DNA of 14,885 bases from NCBI GenBank assembly GCA_043718025.1, contig JAYSWN010000039.1, forward strand, positions 1-14,885, written 5' to 3'. Shown one piece after another: positions 1 through 8,016 of the stretch. Every line of letters starts with the position of its first letter. Positions within the stretch are counted from its first letter, which is position 1. Source of the stretch: Pseudomonadota bacterium (GTDB taxonomy: Bacteria; Bdellovibrionota; FAC87; UBA2466). The notes beneath the pieces were generated by a model. That model saw only the letters and a list, made by a program, of their open reading frames with translations, made no database searches and was not told the DNA's origin. Position numbers and translations under genes: made by a program.

Positions 1-202
1 CATGGCAGGTGGCGATCGTGATTCCACGCTCTTTCTCTTCGGGAGCCGCGTCGATCTGATCGTAACGCTTGGCTTCCGCCCACCCTTTTTTTGCTAATAC
101 CGTAGTCAATGCTGAGGTCAGCGTCGTTTTGCCATGGTCAACGTGACCGATGGTTCCCACGTTCACGTGGGGTTTTGTGCGTTCAAACTTTGCCTTTGCC
201 AT
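1..202 (-). CDS. tuf: Elongation factor Tu, 5' part (runs off the left edge)
   Basis: Manual translation from the ATG at 202 gives [67 protein letters not shown], the canonical EF-Tu N-terminus with G1 GHVDHGKT and switch I RGITI. A purine-rich SD-like GAAAGGTGAG precedes it. Absent from the ORF track because it is truncated. Confidence 0.99.
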   Translation of the reverse strand, partial: MAKAKFERTKPHVNVGTIGHVDHGKTTLTSALTTVLAKKGWAEAKRYDQIDAAPEEKERGITIATCH

Positions 203-237
203 AACTCACCTTTCAGAAGCTTGTGCTAAACCAAAAA

Positions 238-313
238 TGGAGCCCTCGACGGGACTCGAACCCGTGACCTCGTCCTTACCAAGGACGTGCTCTACCACCT
301 GAGCTACAAGGGC
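238..313 (-). tRNA. thrT: tRNA-Thr, anticodon GGT, CCA encoded
   Basis: Reverse complement GCCCTTGTAGCTCAGGTGGTAGAGCACGTCCTTGGTAAGGACGAGGTCACGGGTTCGAGTCCCGTCGAGGGCTCCA (76 nt). Acceptor GCCCTTG/CGAGGGC, D-arm GCTC/GAGC, anticodon arm CGTCC-TTGGTAA-GGACG, T-arm ACGGG-TTCGAGT-CCCGT. Position just upstream of tuf matches the classic thrT-tufB arrangement. Confidence 0.98.
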
Positions 314-521
314 AGTATTAAACAAATGCTGCCCAAATTTTGAGGAGTTTCCTCGTAAAATTGACCCCCATTTTTAGCTGCTGGTATTGGATGTGTCTAT
401 ATTAAAAACGTGAAAAACCTTTGGTCTAAGGCATTTGCGCCGTTTCTCTAAAAAACCAACCGGTCTCGCCCAAAGTTCTCTCTAGCGGCAAATGATGCGG
501 AGTGTTATAAATCCCCCGTTC

Positions 522-812
522 ATGCGTAACTCATTAAAAATTCTGCTTTTAAACGTGATTCCACCTGAACAAACCTCTTTTCAGAGGGGGGTTGGGCACT
601 TCATTCACACGATCCGCAAAGCCTTCGAGAACTTTCTGACCGACACTCTCTCCCTCGGCGGCTACTTTGTCGAGGTTGTCGGTAAGGCAAAAGAGCCAGC
701 TTGCCAGTCGCTTACCGACCTTGATCGACGCATTCGCCAGTTCAACCAGCGAACCGACCGCTTTATGGCCATCGTTGCCGGCGGCATTGTCCTGCTGGCC
801 TTGCTCTATTAA
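522..812 (+). CDS. Small hypothetical protein (about 96 aa) with a C-terminal hydrophobic anchor
   Basis: ORF 492..812, with ATG 522 chosen as the likelier start. It ends in FMAIVAGGIVLLALLY (TM-like), stops 10 nt before the next ATG on the same strand and fills an otherwise empty gap. No recognisable family. Confidence 0.45.
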   Translation: MRNSLKILLLNVIPPEQTSFQRGVGHFIHTIRKAFENFLTDTLSLGGYFVEVVGKAKEPACQSLTDLDRRIRQFNQRTDRFMAIVAGGIVLLALLY

Positions 813-822
813 ACTCACCTGC

Positions 823-1134
823 ATGAAAGCCATTGCTGATCTTTGTGTCATTCCCCTTGGGGTGGGCCTGTCCGTATCGAGCCAGGTCGCCGAGTGCGAA
901 AAGATTCTAAAACGGTATAAATTGAAGACTCATCTCCATGCTTATGGAACCAACATCGAGGGCGAGTGGGATGAGGTCTTCGCCGCGATCAAGGAATGCC
1001 ACGAAACCCTTCATGAGCAAGGCGTTCCCCGCCTCTCATCCAGTATCAAAGTGGGAACGCGCATCGATAAAGCCCAGTCGATGGCCGATAAGATAAAGAG
1101 CGTTGAAATGAAATTGGTCGCGAAAAAGAGGTAA
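823..1134 (+). CDS. MTH1187/YkoF-like (UPF0045) thiamine-binding family protein
   Basis: From ATG 823: MKAIADLCVIPLGVGLSVSSQVAEC...LHAYGTNIEGEWDEVFAAIKECHE...PRLSSSIKVGTRIDK...DKIKSV (103 aa). These are the family-typical motifs and length. The 667 start in the ORF track is an upstream extension overlapping the previous ORF. Confidence 0.92.
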   Translation: MKAIADLCVIPLGVGLSVSSQVAECEKILKRYKLKTHLHAYGTNIEGEWDEVFAAIKECHETLHEQGVPRLSSSIKVGTRIDKAQSMADKIKSVEMKLVAKKR

Positions 1135-1149
1135 GCGCACCGCCTCGAC

Positions 1150-2835
1150 TTGCCCCAGGTCACCGTTACCTTTAACGTCACTTTCGTGGGCAATCGATAT
1201 CAACATTGGACAGCGCGCACCTCGCGTCAGATTTCTAGGCTAGATGAGTTAAAGACCGCCCTATTTGAAGGACGGCATTTCACTCCGTTAGATAAGCTTG
1301 AGTACGGTGACCACGGGGTTGAGGCCATTGCCGAGAAAATGAAGGGCGCCATTCTAGCCGGTAAGCGCATCGCGCTTTACGCTGATTACGATGTTGATGG
1401 TACGCTGAGTTGCGTGAGCTGGATCTGGTTTTTCAACGCTATCGGCTTCACCAATTTTCTTTCTTACATCCCGTGCCGTTTTAAAGAAGGCTATGGCGTA
1501 AATCTAAACGCCGTTAAAAAATTGATCGAAGACGATCACGCTGACGTTATCATCACGATGGATACCGGCATCACGGCCAATGAAGAGGCTGCCTATTGCC
1601 GAAGCCGCGGAGTTGATTTTTTATGTACCGATCACCATAAGATTCAAGCGGAAAAAATGCCCGAGGCATTGCTGCTAAATCCAAAGTTGCATCCCGAACC
1701 GGTGTATCAAGAGCTTTGTGGGTGCGGAATCACGTTTGTTTTGCTTCGCCGCTTGGCCGAAAAACTGGGGCAACCACTTCCCGGCGTGTGGGGCGATTTG
1801 TTGGCGTTGGCGGGAATGGCGACGATTTGCGATGTGGTGCCGCTCAACGCGGTAAACCACAGCTTAGCCCGACAGGGGATTCGCGCCTTGATAAAAAGTC
1901 AGCGGCCGATCTTTTCGAAACTGCGCGATGCTTGTTCACTATTTGGAGATATCGACGAAAGCGACGTGGGGTTTCGGCTCGGTCCCCGCATCAATGCGGT
2001 GGGGCGACTAGAACATGCCGAACTGGTGGTGAAAGCTTTTTTAGAAGAAAATGCTGATCCGCTGGTCGAAAAGATGGAAAGCTGCAACACCCGGCGAAAA
2101 TCGATTCAAGAAGTGATTGTCGCTGAGGCGTTGAAAGAGGCCATGGCTTATAAAGACGCCCCGATCTTATTTTTGGGCGGTGACTGGCATCCGGGAGTGG
2201 TGGGAATTGCCGCAAGCCGGATTGCCGAAACTTTTTGGAAACCCACCTGGCTTTTCGCAAGGCAAGGGGGCATCGGCAAAGGCTCGGCCCGCTCGATAGC
2301 CGGTTTTGACGTCACCGACGCGATGAGCGCAGCAAAAGATCTCTTCACCAAATTCGGTGGGCATCGCGCCGCCGGCGGTTTTACTTTTTCTCTGGAGAAC
2401 GAACAAAAAATTCGCGATCGCATGGGTGAATTTGCCCAAGGGATGCGCACCGCGAAGCCCGGAATGTGGGAGAGCTCGTTTAAGTATGATTTTGAAGTGA
2501 CCCCGCAGGGCCTGGGCGGCGATTTTGCGGACACGGTGTTAGGCCTTCGTCCGTTCGGCCATGGCTTTGAGGAGCCGTGCTTTCGTTTGAAGGGCCGAGT
2601 CGAGAAGGTGGTGCACATGAAGGATAAGGCCACCGGACTCGATAAACACACCGCCCTTACGTTGGTCGACCCCCGAAAAACACCGCTCCGCGTTGTTTTT
2701 TTCGGCGAGGTTTTGCCGCAGGGCTTAAAGAATCAGGACGTCGATTTGCTTTTTCGTGTGCAAAAGAAGCTCTTTCGCGGCGTACCTGAGGTATCCTATT
2801 TAGGTGTGGACTATTCTCTGTCCGCCCTACATTAG
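1150..2835 (+). CDS. recJ: Single-stranded-DNA-specific 5'-3' exonuclease RecJ (start uncertain: TTG 1150 or GTG 1186)
   Basis: DHH-family motifs in order: YADYDVDG, YIPCRFKEGYG, TMDTG, TDHH, LCGCG, ATICDVVPL, LGPRINAVGRL, WHPGVVGIAASRI, GSARS, FGGH..AGG, LRPFGHGFEEP. About 550 aa. Confidence 0.96.
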   Translation: MPQVTVTFNVTFVGNRYQHWTARTSRQISRLDELKTALFEGRHFTPLDKLEYGDHGVEAIAEKMKGAILAGKRIALYADYDVDGTLSCVSWIWFFNAIGFTNFLSYIPCRFKEGYGVNLNAVKKLIEDDHADVIITMDTGITANEEAAYCRSRGVDFLCTDHHKIQAEKMPEALLLNPKLHPEPVYQELCGCGITFVLLRRLAEKLGQPLPGVWGDLLALAGMATICDVVPLNAVNHSLARQGIRALIKSQRPIFSKLRDACSLFGDIDESDVGFRLGPRINAVGRLEHAELVVKAFLEENADPLVEKMESCNTRRKSIQEVIVAEALKEAMAYKDAPILFLGGDWHPGVVGIAASRIAETFWKPTWLFARQGGIGKGSARSIAGFDVTDAMSAAKDLFTKFGGHRAAGGFTFSLENEQKIRDRMGEFAQGMRTAKPGMWESSFKYDFEVTPQGLGGDFADTVLGLRPFGHGFEEPCFRLKGRVEKVVHMKDKATGLDKHTALTLVDPRKTPLRVVFFGEVLPQGLKNQDVDLLFRVQKKLFRGVPEVSYLGVDYSLSALH

Positions 2836-2873
2836 CCCCAACCCCTGAATAAATTGAGGTCTTAGAGTCTCCG

Positions 2874-4055
2874 ATGAAAGCCGCCGCTTTACGCCAGTCT
2901 TGTGTATTGGCGCTGGACGCCAGACCGTTATCGGGCGGCCAAGGGCTGAACTTGTTTCACTGGGTGCAAGCCCTAAACGGCTTTTTTGACGTGACGCTGT
3001 TTTGCCGTGGCGTCATGACCGGCGTACGGCCGGCGCTCGTACCGCCTTCAAAGTTGGCTGAGATGATTAAAAAAATTCCGATGCTAAGGCGTCGAACCGA
3101 CTGGATCACCCTTTGTGAGTCAAATCAGTTTGATCGCATCGTTAAGCAGGGGTTAGGTTCACCAAGGTATTTTGTCGGCGGAGCAGGGCAGTGCCCGCAG
3201 AGTTTACAAACGGCGAAAGAGCGGGGCGCGCGCGCCATTCTCGATGTAATTAATGTTCACGTTGATGACCTGGCTAGTGAACTTCAGCCCGAGTTCGCGC
3301 GCTTTGGCATTACCAGTTTTCTGCATCCCCTACAGCAAGAGTTGACCCGCCGTTCGTATGGGGTTGCCGATAAGATCAGGGTGATGTCGGACCACGCCTA
3401 CGCTTCCTTCATAAAGCGCGGCATTCCCGCGCACAAACTCGTCACGGCGCCTCCGCCGATTGAAGACATGGCAAAATTCACGGCGTGTCAATTTGAGAAT
3501 CCCAAGTTTCGCATCAGCTGCGCGGGCCTGTTGCATCCGGGAAAAGGTTTTTCGTATCTTATCGATGCTTACGAGCAGCTAAAATTGAAAAACGCCGAGT
3601 TGATATTTTGGGGCACCGCCGGAAACCGGACATTGAATAAATTTTTTAATGAGGTGACCGGGCGCAATCCTTCTATTTCGCTCAACCCCGTTGAAATTCG
3701 CGCCTCTGGTTACGATAAGGTTTACGGCAGTTCGCATGTGCTGGTTCACCCCTCGGTATCCGATGGGTTTGGTTACGTGGTAGCCGAAGCCATGGCCTCA
3801 GGCATTCCGGTGATCGTTACCGATCAGACCGGTGCTAAAATGATGATTGAAGATGGTAAAAGTGGTTTCATTGTTCCGTCGAGAAATCCGCAAGCCATCG
3901 CCGAAAAGTTAGAGCTCTTGTACCGCAATCCTGAACTGGTGCGAGAGATGGGCCGGCAGGCCCGCCGGGCCGCCGAGGCCTTTACTGAAGGCAGATTTCA
4001 AAATGCCGTTCTGGGTTTGTTTCACGAGCCCAAGGAAGAAGCTGCAACTTTATGA
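2874..4055 (+). CDS. Glycosyltransferase family 4 (GT-B fold)
   Basis: C-terminal Rossmann motifs AGLLHPGKG and VLVHPSVSDGFGYVVAEAMASGIPVIVT (D-x7-E variant of the E-x7-E motif), then IEDGKSGFIVP and EMGRQARR. 393 aa. Stop overlaps the next start (ATGA). Confidence 0.93.
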   Translation: MKAAALRQSCVLALDARPLSGGQGLNLFHWVQALNGFFDVTLFCRGVMTGVRPALVPPSKLAEMIKKIPMLRRRTDWITLCESNQFDRIVKQGLGSPRYFVGGAGQCPQSLQTAKERGARAILDVINVHVDDLASELQPEFARFGITSFLHPLQQELTRRSYGVADKIRVMSDHAYASFIKRGIPAHKLVTAPPPIEDMAKFTACQFENPKFRISCAGLLHPGKGFSYLIDAYEQLKLKNAELIFWGTAGNRTLNKFFNEVTGRNPSISLNPVEIRASGYDKVYGSSHVLVHPSVSDGFGYVVAEAMASGIPVIVTDQTGAKMMIEDGKSGFIVPSRNPQAIAEKLELLYRNPELVREMGRQARRAAEAFTEGRFQNAVLGLFHEPKEEAATL

Positions 4056-4756
4056 AAGACACCACCGCGATTTTATTGTGTGGAGGAAAAGGCGTTCGAT
4101 TGAGACCCCTCACGCAACACCTTCCAAAGTCGATGGTTGTTTTGCGCGGACGCCCCATTTTGCAGCATCTGCTGCAATTTTTGAGCGACTCAGGGGTTAA
4201 ACGGTTTGTGATCTGTACCGGATACATGTCCGAAGTTATCGAAAACTTCATAAAAAAAGAGAAAAAGAGAGACTGGGTAGTCGAAATAGTGAATTCGGGC
4301 GACGCCTCGATGACCGATCGAATTTTAGACGCTTTACCGCACGTAGAGGGGCGTGCCCTCATCTGCTACGGCGATACCTTAGCCAATTTGTCTTTGGCCG
4401 AATTGAAAAACCGACACGAAAAAAGTAAAGCGCTGGCCACTTTGTCGGTTCATCCGCTGAATTGCCCATTCGGGGTGGTGAGTTTTGACGATAAAAATCG
4501 AATTATTAAGTTGGAAGAAAAGCCGGTGCTGCCGCATTGGATAAACATTGGCTTTATGCTTTGCGAAAAGAAAGCGTTGTCGCTGATCTCCCGCGGTCAA
4601 GAGATGACCGATTTTTTTGCCGCTCTTCAGAGCAGTCAACAGTTTTTTTGCTACCCCCACAACGGAAAGCACCTGACGGTGAATACCGAAAATGAATTAG
4701 CCAATGCCGAGAAGGAAATTGTGGATTTCTACACGGTAACAGAGGAGGCCGCTTGA
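4052..4756 (+). CDS. Sugar-1-phosphate nucleotidyltransferase (NTP_transferase family; RfbF/HddC-like size)
   Basis: Motifs AILLCGGKGVRLRPLT..LPKSMV...GRPIL, ICTGY, CYGDTL, FGVV, EEKP, WINIG. Single domain, 234 aa. Substrate cannot be determined. Confidence 0.92.
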   Translation: MKDTTAILLCGGKGVRLRPLTQHLPKSMVVLRGRPILQHLLQFLSDSGVKRFVICTGYMSEVIENFIKKEKKRDWVVEIVNSGDASMTDRILDALPHVEGRALICYGDTLANLSLAELKNRHEKSKALATLSVHPLNCPFGVVSFDDKNRIIKLEEKPVLPHWINIGFMLCEKKALSLISRGQEMTDFFAALQSSQQFFCYPHNGKHLTVNTENELANAEKEIVDFYTVTEEAA

Positions 4757-5721
4757 AAAATAAACGATGCGTGGTAACCGGTGGTTCGGGTTTTATCGGC
4801 AGCCATTTGGTTGACCGGCTGATTCGGGACGGGGCCACCGTTGCCGTGACTGCCCGCTACGGAAATGAAATTAAGAATGAGCGACTCAAATCATGCTGGA
4901 ACCACATTACCGTTCTCGAAGCTGATTTACGTAACCGCGGAGCTTTGAATCTGGTGGGAGAATTTAATCCCGACTATGTGTTTCACCTCGCCGCCTACAA
5001 TCACGTCGGGGGGAGCTTCCATCAAGTGGAAGAGTGCTTCGATGTGAACGCAAAAGGGACGGCAAATATCTTGGATATGTTGCCTAAGACCGTAAAGAAA
5101 TTTATCTACATGTCGACGTCAGAAGTTTACGGTAAACAGGATTCGGTCCCCTTTGTCGAGACCATGACCCCACAGCCTATTTCGCCTTACTCCATTACCA
5201 AGTACGCGGGTGAACTTTACTGCCGCATGTCGCAGGGGATCGCTAATTCCGTGCCCATTGCCATCGTACGCGCCTTCAATACCTTTGGGCCTTACCAGAG
5301 CAGCAAGGCAATCATTCCTGAGTTAATTGGAAAATGCCTACGCGGAGAATCGGTGCAAACCACAAAAGGTGAGCAGACCCGTGAATTTAATTTTGTAAGT
5401 AACATCGTCGATGGTCTCATTCGGGCAGCCGTTAACCCCAAACCATTTGAGGGACCGGTGAATTTAGCTAGCGGCGTAGAAGTGCGCATTTGCGACTTAG
5501 TGCGCTTGATCGCCAAACTTACCCACAGCACCTCCAAAATTGAGATCGGGGCGCTGCAATACCGTCCGACCGAAATTTGGAGAATGTACGCCGACAATCG
5601 CCGCGCCAAAGAGATCTTGGGTTGGACGCCGCAAGTGAGCTGGGAAGATGGTTTACGCCAGACCGTAGAGTGGTACCAACACTACTTAAAGGGCGAGACG
5701 ATGACGGCGATCGCCGCCTAG
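4753..5721 (+). CDS. NAD-dependent nucleotide-sugar epimerase/4,6-dehydratase (extended SDR)
   Basis: Motifs VTGGSGFIGSHL, FHLAA, STSEVYG, catalytic YSITK, RAFNTFGP, REFNFV, GWTPQVSWEDGL. TTG start overlaps the upstream TGA and follows a strong SD GAGGAGG (4742-4748). Confidence 0.94.
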   Translation: MKNKRCVVTGGSGFIGSHLVDRLIRDGATVAVTARYGNEIKNERLKSCWNHITVLEADLRNRGALNLVGEFNPDYVFHLAAYNHVGGSFHQVEECFDVNAKGTANILDMLPKTVKKFIYMSTSEVYGKQDSVPFVETMTPQPISPYSITKYAGELYCRMSQGIANSVPIAIVRAFNTFGPYQSSKAIIPELIGKCLRGESVQTTKGEQTREFNFVSNIVDGLIRAAVNPKPFEGPVNLASGVEVRICDLVRLIAKLTHSTSKIEIGALQYRPTEIWRMYADNRRAKEILGWTPQVSWEDGLRQTVEWYQHYLKGETMTAIAA

Positions 5722-7947
5722 AATTGAATTCACAAGGTCGCTGTAGTCACTCCCCACTCGCTGCCAGTCAAAGTACGGGGCGAGGGTGAACGGCACATCG
5801 GCGAGCGGGGTACTTAAGATACCCGAGATGAGTGAGTTTCGCGCGTTGTGGGCGCGGGCATCGTTGGCGAAAGACAGATCTTGAAAAGAGACCGCCGTGG
5901 TCCCGGCGTCGGTGCGGAGCACCTCGTACGCTGGGGTATTGGCGTTTAAGAACACGGGCGCACCGGTTCTTCTCGCCTCGATCGCCGGTAAGGAAAACCC
6001 CTCGTAGAATGACGGAATCAGCACGGCGTGGGCGCGGCGGTACCAGTTCCAAACCTCCTCATTACTTTGGCCACCCGTCTCGCGCACGCGCGATTGCAGT
6101 TTATGGCGTTTAATCCAAGCCCGCTGCTGGGCGGTAAAGTGACTGCCCACCTGAACTAAAAAGTAGTTTTCTGGCAGCAACGTAAGCAGGGTAAGAAGTT
6201 TCTCGATCCCTTTGCGCGGCGTGGTGCCGCCGACATGCACCAGGCAACCGTGCTGGCGTTCCACTGAAACTTGGGGAGGGCAGGGGGGCTGGGCGCCATA
6301 TAAAATCGTGTCTTCGAAAGTCACTCCCCATTTTTTGCCTTCGGTTCGCACCGCCTCGGAAATCGCCACCCGAACGTCGGCCAGTTGAATGCCTTTCAAA
6401 ATTCGGCTTCTTACCACCGCATTTAGGGGGGTCTGAGTGTGAAGAAAATAAAAGTCGTTCACCACCACCACAATCTTTTCGAAGCTAGAGCGTAAACTCA
6501 CGATGCAGTCGGCGTAAGAGTGGTCGAGAAGGCACAGCACTTTGCGTTTGGGCATCCAAGCGGGGTAGCGAAGCCTGCGATCCCACAGGCGTGGTTTTCT
6601 GCCAAGTGACGGGCCAAATAAATAGGGAGTCCATTCCAGTCCCGGCTCGTTTTCGAAAGCGTTGAATAGTTGGGAAGCTACGTTGCGCATAGAATGCCAC
6701 CCATCTTCGCAAAAGCCCGTGGCCACCAGAACCGATGGGCGGGCATCTAAACCCACCGCCTGTCGGTAAATTTCGGTCCAGTTTTTTGCGAGCTCGGTCG
6801 TCGAGAAACAGCGTTCGGCGCGCTCTTTGGCCAGGGCCCCCATTTTTCTTCGCAGCGGCGCATTGTTGCCAAGACAATCGATAGCGTCGGCCAGAGCGTA
6901 AGCATCAGCCGGAATGAAATGCAGCCCTTCGATTTCATGTCGGGCAATTTCAGTGACGCCTCCGTGGGCAGGTAGAATCACACTTTTTCCTCGAATCATT
7001 GCCTCGGCGATGGTGCGACCGAATGGTTCGGGTTCGACGCTAGCATTTACGACGACATCAAGCGCGTCATAAACTTTGTCGAGGGAAGCGGTGAAAGGCA
7101 CGAGTGTGACCAGCGATTCGATGTCTAGATGTTGAAGTTGTTTCTTAAGTTCTTCCTCGGTCCACTGCGAGCCGGCCGAACGATAGATGGGCCCACCGAC
7201 AACAAAAAATTTAAGTCCTTTGGTTTTCTTCTGCCTTTTAAGCTGAGCGATCGCTTCGAAAAAAAGATCGTGCCCTTTCCACCGGGCGTAAGTGGCGACC
7301 AAACCTATGCGGCAGGTGGCGTGCTCAACTGCCTTCTTTTTGCTTACCGTGGTCGCCACACTAACGCCGTTGTAAATTCGCAGTAAGGAACAGCGAAGTA
7401 CCGAATGGGCTTTTTCAAGCGTAGCGCTCGAGTTGGCAACGCTAACAAAGGCTTTGCGACTGAACCAACGTAAAAGGGCGCGCGAAAAGCGTCGCGAGGT
7501 CAGAAAATCGTGAATATGCCAAATGGTGGGAATCTCTCCGTTTCCATTCGAAAGCGTTGAGCGAAGCGAGCAGAGGCCCCATAAAAGGTGCGTCTTAATG
7601 CCGTTGGAATGAATGACATCGGGGGCCATTGTAGAAACCTTTTCCCTCAGGCGCTGGGTCCAACGGAAAAGAACGACGACTTGCGTTATAAAAAAAAGGG
7701 GGTGCTGCCAAAGCCCGCGATGCCCGTTTTCACCGAGAGCCGCCCAAAACGGGGGTAACGGAAAAAACTCAGTCTCCACGCCAGCTTTACGCAATCGGTC
7801 AACCAGAATGCCGGCGCTTAAGGTGAGAACACAGGGCGTAATTTCGTGCCTCTTATTGCTGACAAATTCTATCGCCAGATCTTCAAGGCAACGCTCCGCC
7901 CCACCGAGGTTGGCTTCAGGATTTAGAAAAAGGACACGTAGCGCCAT
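5686..7947 (-). CDS. Tandem double GT4 glycosyltransferase (two fused GT-B enzymes)
   Basis: 753 aa. Unit 1: RVLFLNPEANLGGAER, DVIHSN, WHIHD, ATYARWKG, EPFGRTIAE. Unit 2 starts near SVLVATGF (about 6740): HVGGTTPRKG, PSFYEGFSLPAIEA. Both units carry an E-x7-E motif. Confidence 0.92.
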   Translation of the reverse strand: MALRVLFLNPEANLGGAERCLEDLAIEFVSNKRHEITPCVLTLSAGILVDRLRKAGVETEFFPLPPFWAALGENGHRGLWQHPLFFITQVVVLFRWTQRLREKVSTMAPDVIHSNGIKTHLLWGLCSLRSTLSNGNGEIPTIWHIHDFLTSRRFSRALLRWFSRKAFVSVANSSATLEKAHSVLRCSLLRIYNGVSVATTVSKKKAVEHATCRIGLVATYARWKGHDLFFEAIAQLKRQKKTKGLKFFVVGGPIYRSAGSQWTEEELKKQLQHLDIESLVTLVPFTASLDKVYDALDVVVNASVEPEPFGRTIAEAMIRGKSVILPAHGGVTEIARHEIEGLHFIPADAYALADAIDCLGNNAPLRRKMGALAKERAERCFSTTELAKNWTEIYRQAVGLDARPSVLVATGFCEDGWHSMRNVASQLFNAFENEPGLEWTPYLFGPSLGRKPRLWDRRLRYPAWMPKRKVLCLLDHSYADCIVSLRSSFEKIVVVVNDFYFLHTQTPLNAVVRSRILKGIQLADVRVAISEAVRTEGKKWGVTFEDTILYGAQPPCPPQVSVERQHGCLVHVGGTTPRKGIEKLLTLLTLLPENYFLVQVGSHFTAQQRAWIKRHKLQSRVRETGGQSNEEVWNWYRRAHAVLIPSFYEGFSLPAIEARRTGAPVFLNANTPAYEVLRTDAGTTAVSFQDLSFANDARAHNARNSLISGILSTPLADVPFTLAPYFDWQRVGSDYSDLVNSILGGDRRHRLAL

Positions 7948-7976
7948 GAAATGACTTCGGAAAGAGTTAAGTGCGA

Positions 7977-8001
7977 TTCTTATTTTACCGATAAATAAGA
8001 A
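7977..8001. promoter_or_regulatory. Perfect inverted repeat in a divergent intergenic region; candidate operator
   Basis: TTCTTATTT-taccgat-AAATAAGAA: 9-bp perfect arms with a 7-nt spacer, inside the 69-bp gap between divergent genes. It overlaps a minus-strand TAAAAT -10-like hexamer (7982-7987). Function is inferred. Confidence 0.5.
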
Positions 8002-8016
8002 GATTCACCCACACTT

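Noticed and set aside
238..313. tRNA as integration site of a genomic island carrying the glycan genes
   Set aside because: The tRNA 3' end faces tuf, no duplicate of its 3' end was noticed, there is no integrase, and the housekeeping gene recJ intervenes.
314..822. TPP riboswitch upstream of the thiamine-binding-family gene
   Set aside because: No CTGAGA motif or complete ACCTGA..TAAT..CG.AGGGA core; only an isolated ACCTGAAC near 563.
667..822. N-terminal extension of the thiamine-binding protein, and likewise the TTG 9477 extension of wzc
   Set aside because: Family similarity starts at ATG 823, and ATG 9519 has an SD plus ATGA coupling. Both extensions overlap upstream genes.
6744..6749. 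TAGATG on the minus strand at the double-GT4 junction as a fossil stop/start
   Set aside because: It is out of frame with both GT units, so it is most likely coincidental.
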